A stretch of 8,775 bases of DNA from the NCBI GenBank assembly GCA_027031765.1, contig JALVPN010000161.1, positions 1 to 8,775 on the forward strand, in the 5' to 3' direction. The translations under genes and the position numbers were made by a program. The number at the start of each line of letters is the position of its first letter. The stretch's first letter is position 1. Under the pieces are notes generated by a model. The model worked only from the letters and a program-made list of their open reading frames with translations, searched no databases and was not told where the DNA came from. The stretch comes from Promethearchaeota archaeon (GTDB taxonomy: Archaea > Asgardarchaeota > Thorarchaeia > Thorarchaeales > Thorarchaeaceae). This document shows positions 1 to 4,872 of this stretch, one piece after another.

Positions 1-625
1 CATATACGATGTTGTTCATGATCAGGGACAGCAAGCCACTGGGGAGGTCAGTCCGTTGGAACGTGAATGAAAACGTCGTTTCATGAGTGCTAGCATTCTT
101 GCTGGTGACGCCATAGTGTGCAATCACACCGTCCCTCGTGTAGTATCTTGCAACAACCGAGTAGTCCACACCGCCCGAACTGCCATCTCTTTCGTACACG
201 AGAAAGCCGCCCGAGAGTTTGACGTCAGCTTTTGAGCTCATAGCATCGGCTGCGAGTTCACGTAGGAGCGTCCAGTTGCCCACTGGCATCACGAGCGTAG
301 TGGTGAAATCTGTGAGGGGGAGGAAGAGAAAGCTAACGAGCCCAATGCTTGAGCCGTTCTTCCATCTGAGGTCGACCATAACCCCCGGGAGGTCAGTCCA
401 GTCGTTCATAACATTGGGAATCGCCGGCAGTTGATCGATGCGCACGTAAGCCTCCTCGTGAATCTCCTTGCTGACCTCGCTGCCGGACAGGTCAATCGTG
501 TAGTTGAACTGGTCGTTCTCATCAACGCCCCATTCGAGGCCCTGAGACGTGGCTGCGAAGGCCGATGGCATCAGCATGATGGCGATGATACCAAGGGCCA
601 ACATAGATGTGGCGATACGTTTCAT
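1..625 (-). CDS. Exported, probably membrane-anchored, hypothetical protein; partial (3' end beyond the window's left edge, 208 codons visible)
   Basis: Hand translation from ATG at 625 gives an open frame with no stop to the edge: MKRIATSMLALGIIAIMLMPSAFA-ATSQGLEWGVDENDQFNYTIDL...TFQRTDLPSGLLSLIMNNIVY. It has a classic signal peptide (KR, hydrophobic core, A-F-A cleavage site), an AGGAG SD 8 nt upstream and 4 N-x-S/T sequons (NYT, NGS, NWT, NAS). The hydrophobic end may lead into a C-terminal TM. Absent from the ORF track because it has no stop in the window. Confidence 0.85.
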   Translation of the reverse strand, partial: MKRIATSMLALGIIAIMLMPSAFAATSQGLEWGVDENDQFNYTIDLSGSEVSKEIHEEAYVRIDQLPAIPNVMNDWTDLPGVMVDLRWKNGSSIGLVSFLFLPLTDFTTTLVMPVGNWTLLRELAADAMSSKADVKLSGGFLVYERDGSSGGVDYSVVARYYTRDGVIAHYGVTSKNASTHETTFSFTFQRTDLPSGLLSLIMNNIVY

Positions 626-633
626 AGCAGGTT

Positions 634-638
634 CTCCT
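634..638 (-). promoter_or_regulatory. Shine-Dalgarno (AGGAG) for the 625 minus-strand gene
   Basis: The minus strand reads acAGGAGaacctgctATG, an 8 nt spacer. Confidence 0.6.
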
Positions 639-755
639 GTGTTGAGTATTACTCCGTGTAGACTACGTGAGTACAAAAGCCCTTCGCTTTCGGGACCGGT
701 AGCATATGCAGTCCCGTACAAGGCACAGACACCCGACCGACCGGCTGGCGCACCG

Positions 756-817
756 TGTGGCATGCCACTGCTCACGTCCCGACTGCGAGCCTAGGGCGGT
801 GTCCAGATGACAGGGTC
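756..817. repeat. Copy A of a degenerate non-coding motif (core CCTAGGGCGGTG at 790-801)
   Basis: Shares an exact 12-mer plus the ordered flanking blocks TCCAG and TG(A/C)CAGGGTC with 4743-4799 (minus strand). Confidence 0.4.
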
Positions 818-878
818 TGAGCACTCATTGGCCGGATTGGACAACGTTTTGAGCACCGGTCGTAGACTGCCATACCAA

Positions 879-1823
879 ATGCAGGGGCTCTCAGACGACC
901 TGACATACGACGGCCCCCTCTTCGATGCACACACTCATGTCGTGGAGAGGGAGTACCTAGCCCTCCTCGTGCGGACAGGTATCAAGTACGGTGTGGAGCG
1001 TGCGCTCGTGGTGTTGCACGGCCACACACCGCACGACATCTCCAGGGAGCACCCCGGGAGATTCGTCTTTGCGCGGTACTTTACGGGCTGGTCGCTGTTC
1101 GGGGGTGAGGTGGACAGCCAGCTGGCACTGGTGAGGGACATGGCAGAAGAGGGCTACGCAGTTGCCAAGGTGCACTTTGCCCCGGTCTGGCACGACAGGC
1201 TCGGGGGCGAGGACGTGCCACCGATTGACAGCCCCGTCCTTGACAGCTTCTTCGAATCCCTGCGAGACCTGGAAATCCCGGTCGTCGTACATGTGGCCGA
1301 CCCGGACACCTACTTCGCGACCCGATATAGAAACACATCCGTCTATGGTACAAAGGACCAGCACATCGCAGACTTTGAACACCGCCTCGACAGGACTCCC
1401 GGTCTCAGGGTGCAGGCCGCCCATCTTGCCGCACAGCCGGAGCCAAGGTGGCTGCCGCACCTTGATGTCATGCTCTCACGATGGCCGCACCTGTACGTAG
1501 ACACGAGTTCGGCCAGGTGGATGGCCCGTGAACTGAGCAAGGACCCTACAGCAGCCAGGAGGCTGTTGATACGTCACAGCAAGCGAGTACTGTTTGGGAC
1601 GGACTGCGTGACAAGGTCGGCAGACCCTTCATACTATGAGGGCAGATACCTTGCCCTGCGCCTGCTCTTCGAGTCCCAAGTCAGACATGTCCCCCTACCG
1701 TTTCCAGACCCAGACACTCAGGACTGCGGAGGGACCTTCATCAACGGACTCGGGCTACCCGACAGCGTCCTTGACCGCATCTACTGGCTGAACGCACTCG
1801 GGCTCTATGGTCTTGACGGGTAG
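879..1823 (+). CDS. Metal-dependent amidohydrolase family protein (Amidohydro_2-like TIM barrel), substrate unknown
   Basis: Metal-binding motifs occur in canonical order: DAHTH (HxH), VVVHVAD, AAHLAA, LYVDTS, LFGTD. The ORF track starts at 807, but ATG 879 (MQGLSDDLTYDGPLFDAHTH) is preferred because the HxH strand normally lies near the N-terminus and a TATA-like TTTTGAG (847-853) sits about 28 nt upstream. 314 aa from 879. Confidence 0.88.
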   Translation: MQGLSDDLTYDGPLFDAHTHVVEREYLALLVRTGIKYGVERALVVLHGHTPHDISREHPGRFVFARYFTGWSLFGGEVDSQLALVRDMAEEGYAVAKVHFAPVWHDRLGGEDVPPIDSPVLDSFFESLRDLEIPVVVHVADPDTYFATRYRNTSVYGTKDQHIADFEHRLDRTPGLRVQAAHLAAQPEPRWLPHLDVMLSRWPHLYVDTSSARWMARELSKDPTAARRLLIRHSKRVLFGTDCVTRSADPSYYEGRYLALRLLFESQVRHVPLPFPDPDTQDCGGTFINGLGLPDSVLDRIYWLNALGLYGLDG

Positions 1824-1912
1824 ATGGTAGCACGGTGGCGGCCTGGCTGCTCCGTGCGGCACGAGTCCACGGACAGGGACGAAGACGGCAGGTGGGACCA
1901 TTCTCGACAGTA

Positions 1913-3045
1913 CTAGACACGGGGACTGTGACCTTGAACGACGCCCCCTGACGTCAGTCGCTTGGCACGCGGCCACCGACTCTCAGCTCAGTCCCGGCCA
2001 GCTTGAGCAGGTCACGCACCACATTGAGGCTGACCCCTCCAGACCGCTCGCTCACATTGAACAGGCGTTCCTTGGCATCGTCCGGAATACCCTTGCCGTT
2101 GTCTGCTATGACCACGGTGAAGTGTCTCCCTTCTTCCGAGATAGAGGCCCACTTCCTTTTCGTCCGGTGTGTTGCGGCCACAGCTGTCATCGAGGAACGC
2201 GTCCCAGAGGCCGTCGGCCAACGGACTGATCTTGACGGGTGTGGTGTCGACTGTCACAGAGGGGTCAACTCGCACCTCTGGGTGCTGAGTCCCGAACCGC
2301 GCGACCGCCTCTTCAAGAGGAGGCGCTGCAGGTCCAGTTCTTCAAGCTTGGTCGCCCGCGCGGTACGTAGCAGGCCCACCTGCATGACGATGTGTTGACA
2401 GGCACTGACCGCCTCCTCCGCAATCTCGACGGCATGGAGCACCTCGTCAATGACACCGGGCCGGCATGCAAGTGAAAGACCCCCAGTGACCGCCCGGAGC
2501 TGGTCTGCAATGTCGTAGAGGAGCAGGTGGTGGCAGAAGGTTGCCCTCTCGTTTGCGTCTCTCAGCTCCTCCTCAGCCATCCCCCGTGCCGTCAGGTCCC
2601 GCATCGCAAGGGCCAGGTCGGCCACCCCTCCATCAGGCGCATGTGTTCTCGTGATGCGGGTTTCTACCGGGAGCAAATCACCGTCCCGCCGGCGGAGGGC
2701 CAGCTCCAGGAGTCCAGGGCTGGACAGTGCATCCATCTGTTCCTGGTCAACGACACGACGGGCCCACTCCGGGTCGTCTGCGGACACCAGCACGGAGAGG
2801 ATGCCCGTACCCACACCCTCGTCACTCGTACGAGGAGTGTCTGGAGCATGCTGGCAACGGGCATCACTGACACGAAGGACGCCACACAGAGGACACGGAT
2901 TGTGCTGCACGCGACGATACCTCACAGGCCCCAGAAACGGTAGCGCACCATCGAGAGTGTGACGGACAGCGGGAGTAGAATCCCTGCGGGGACAGACGGG
3001 CGGGACAACATGGTTGACTGTTTGAACTAGCCCTGCATCCGCCAT
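1913..3045 (-). pseudogene. Degenerate PAS-domain sensor histidine kinase (PAS/PAC - DHp - HATPase_c)
   Basis: PAC-like ELALRRRDGDLLPVETRITR...MRDLTAR, coiled coil AEEELRDANERA, H-box read as LLLYDIADQL (His replaced by Tyr), and HATPase motifs VVIADNGKGIPDDAKERLF and GGVSL. Homology switches frame at about 2315 and again at about 2150. An in-frame TGA at 1954-1956 is followed by RQGASFKVTVP. Both boundaries are approximate. Confidence 0.85.
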
Positions 3046-3154
3046 GTTACGCTGCCCTATACGGAGTGCTCCGGGAAGAGGCGTCACGTGCCAGGGTCAA
3101 TGTGGCACCTCACGGGCGCGTGCCAGCAGTCACACTAGATGTGACCCGTCCGCG

Positions 3155-4609
3155 TCAAGACCGCGAGTTGCCGGTGCGGCGGGCATGGTCTACGCGTCGT
3201 GCAATCCCGGGTTGGGTCATCCGTTCTGGCGACAGCGCCTCGTCAAGCGTTTCCTCGTCAAGAAGGCCCTCCTCAAGGACAATTTCCCGGATGGGACGGC
3301 CGGTCTCAAGTGCAATCTTGGCCACCCTGGACGCTGCCTTGTAGCCGATAAGAGGGTTCAGTGCTGTCACAAGGCCGACACTCTTGTGTACGACGTCGAG
3401 GCCGCGCGTGTTCGGTCTGATCCCCCTGACGCACTTCTCGGTGAAGATTGGGATGGCATTCTTGAGGACCTTGAGGGCCTGGAAGAAGTTGTAGGCAATC
3501 AGTGGCTCGAAGGCGTTCAACTCGAGCTGTCCTGACTGGGCCGCCATAGTAATGACGAGGTCGTGGCCTATCGCCTGCAGTGCACACTGGGTGACCATCT
3601 CGCAGATTACAGGGTTGACCTTTCCAGGCATGATTGACGAGCCTGGCTGGACGGGTGGGAGTACGATCTCGTGGAACCCGCCCACAGGGCCTGATGAGAG
3701 GAGGATGAGGTCGCCGCATATCTTTGCGAGGTTGGTCGCAAGGACACGGAGGAGGCCGGATGCATGCACGAACTCGTCTGCATTTTGCGTGTCGTCAATC
3801 AGGTTGTCTGCGGTCCTGAGGTCCTTCAGGCCCGTCACCTCACGCAGGTGTTTCTCGGCGAGCTCGATGTACCTCGGGTCGGCGTTGAGACCCGTACCGA
3901 TGGCCGTGGCACCGATGTTGTGGGTCTCTAGTACGTCAATTGCCCCACCAATACGCCTCAGGTCACGGCGCAGACACGCTGCCCAGGCCGAGAACTCCTG
4001 TCCCAGGGTGATTGGTACCGCGTCCTGCATCTCCGTGCGTCCCAGTTTGAGGATGTCCTTGAACTCGTCGGCCTTCTCGTCCAGGGCCTGTACGAGGGCC
4101 TCCAGGCGTGTGTACAGGTCACGCAGGCCATAGATTGTAGCAATCTTGATTGCCGTTGGGTAGACATCATTGGTGCTCTGCGACATGTTCACGTGGTCGT
4201 TGGCACTGATAGGTTGCTGCGAGTTGCGTGGATGGCCGAGGATCTCATTGGCACGCGACGCAATGACCTCGTTCACGTTCATGTTGGTGGAGGTACCGGC
4301 GCCCCCCTGTAGCATGTCAACCACGAACTGGTCTTCGAGCTTGCCTGCTATCACCTCGTCACATGCCTGGACAATGGCGTCTGCATAGTCTTCCTGCAGC
4401 AGGCCCAGGTCACGGTTGGCAAGTGCGCACGCCTTCTTCACCATGGCCATGGCGGTAACAAGCGTTGAGTAGTTGTACAGGCAGACCTTGGACACGCCAA
4501 AGTTCTCCATTGCACGGAGGGTCTGGACTCCCCAGTACGCGTCCTTTGGCACATTGCGTGTACCGAGCAGGTCACCCTCTTCCCGGAACTGCTGTTCGTC
4601 AGCGGACAT
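3155..4609 (-). CDS. aspA: Aspartate ammonia-lyase (aspartase), 484 aa
   Basis: Fumarase/aspartase signatures: DLLG...YWGVQTLRAMENF, QGGAGTSTNMNVNEV (AspA-type; FumC has QTGSGTQ), HVNMSQSTNDVYPTA, GRTEMQDAVP, GSSIMPGKVNPV, GQLELNAFEP. The true start is ATG 4609 with a GGTGA SD 7 nt upstream. The 74 extra codons in the ORF track (to 4831) show no recognisable aspartase similarity. Confidence 0.93.
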   Translation of the reverse strand: MSADEQQFREEGDLLGTRNVPKDAYWGVQTLRAMENFGVSKVCLYNYSTLVTAMAMVKKACALANRDLGLLQEDYADAIVQACDEVIAGKLEDQFVVDMLQGGAGTSTNMNVNEVIASRANEILGHPRNSQQPISANDHVNMSQSTNDVYPTAIKIATIYGLRDLYTRLEALVQALDEKADEFKDILKLGRTEMQDAVPITLGQEFSAWAACLRRDLRRIGGAIDVLETHNIGATAIGTGLNADPRYIELAEKHLREVTGLKDLRTADNLIDDTQNADEFVHASGLLRVLATNLAKICGDLILLSSGPVGGFHEIVLPPVQPGSSIMPGKVNPVICEMVTQCALQAIGHDLVITMAAQSGQLELNAFEPLIAYNFFQALKVLKNAIPIFTEKCVRGIRPNTRGLDVVHKSVGLVTALNPLIGYKAASRVAKIALETGRPIREIVLEEGLLDEETLDEALSPERMTQPGIARRVDHARRTGNSRS

Positions 4610-4616
4610 AGGGAAA

Positions 4617-4621
4617 TCACC
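4617..4621 (-). promoter_or_regulatory. Shine-Dalgarno (GGTGA, archaeal-style) for aspA
   Basis: The minus strand reads gGGTGAtttccctATG, a 7 nt spacer. Confidence 0.65.
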
Positions 4622-4742
4622 CGCCCACTGAAGGACCCACAGACAGACTTGAAGTCTTCTACGATGTAGTCCAACATGAGGTGCGCTCTCTCTGACACGG
4701 TCTTTGACCTGGGAGAAGGTGCAGCGGCATTCCTGTTGACAT

Positions 4743-4799
4743 GACCCTGGCAGCCACTGGAAAGGCACCGCCCTAGGGGACAAGAGACCCATCACCACA
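4743..4799. repeat. Copy B of the degenerate non-coding motif (core at 4766-4777, minus strand)
   Basis: The minus strand reads TGTGGTGATGGGTCTCTTGTCC-CCTAGGGCGGTG-CCTT-TCCAG-TGGC-TGCCAGGGTC; compare 756-817. Confidence 0.4.
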
Positions 4800-4833
4800 T
4801 GGGAGTGGGTCATTTCCCACCGGGTAGTCAACC

Positions 4834-4839
4834 TTATCA
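4834..4839. promoter_or_regulatory. Candidate TATA-like element in the aspA / surface-protein divergent region
   Basis: An AT-rich hexamer (TTATCA; TGATAA on minus) in a GC-rich intergenic stretch, about 35 nt upstream of ATG 4873. Positional inference only. Confidence 0.25.
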
Positions 4840-4872
4840 GGGACGCTGAGAGATAGTAGCGGGTTCATTCCA

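Noticed and set aside
1954-2256. Two in-frame TGA codons (2254-2256 and 1954-1956) in one otherwise open kinase frame, suggesting selenocysteine or stop readthrough; some Asgard archaea do use Sec.
   Set aside because: Between about 2315 and 2150 the kinase homology lies in a different frame, so readthrough would give a non-homologous middle. The H-box and N-box are also mutated, neither TGA is at a Cys-like position, and I see no SECIS-like element downstream. Pseudogenisation is simpler.
3044-4388. Long antisense ORFs over aspA (3044-3535, 3552-4133, 4170-4388) and similar shadow ORFs over other genes (e.g. 957-1460, 5230-5727, 5998-6456, 7338-7730, 8410-8772).
   Set aside because: They show no recognisable motifs and are expected from stop-poor alternative frames at high GC. 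Each overlaps a better-supported gene.
3155-4609. Alternative call as class II fumarase (fumC).
   Set aside because: The diagnostic segments are AspA-type (QGGAGTS, SQSTND) rather than FumC-type (QTGSGTQ, QSSND).
4680-4790. Cobalamin-riboswitch-like words on the plus strand upstream of the surface protein (GGTGC, GGGAGAAGGTGCA, GCCACTG, GAAAGG, CAAGAGACC).
   Set aside because: The GGGAA motif, the P4 hairpin with its T-loop and the CCCC-GCAACUGU block do not fit, so the resemblance is piecemeal. A cmsearch with the Rfam cobalamin models would settle it.
4610-4831. 74-codon N-terminal extension of aspA in the ORF track.
   Set aside because: It has no aspartase-like content, and ATG 4609 has a good SD and gives a normal aspartase length.
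4851-4859. 9-mer AGATAGTAG upstream of the surface protein, also present on the minus strand at 8441-8449 upstream of the regulator.
   Set aside because: Several chance 9-mer matches are expected in about 1.1 kb of intergenic DNA, the distances to the start codons differ, and the similarity does not extend.
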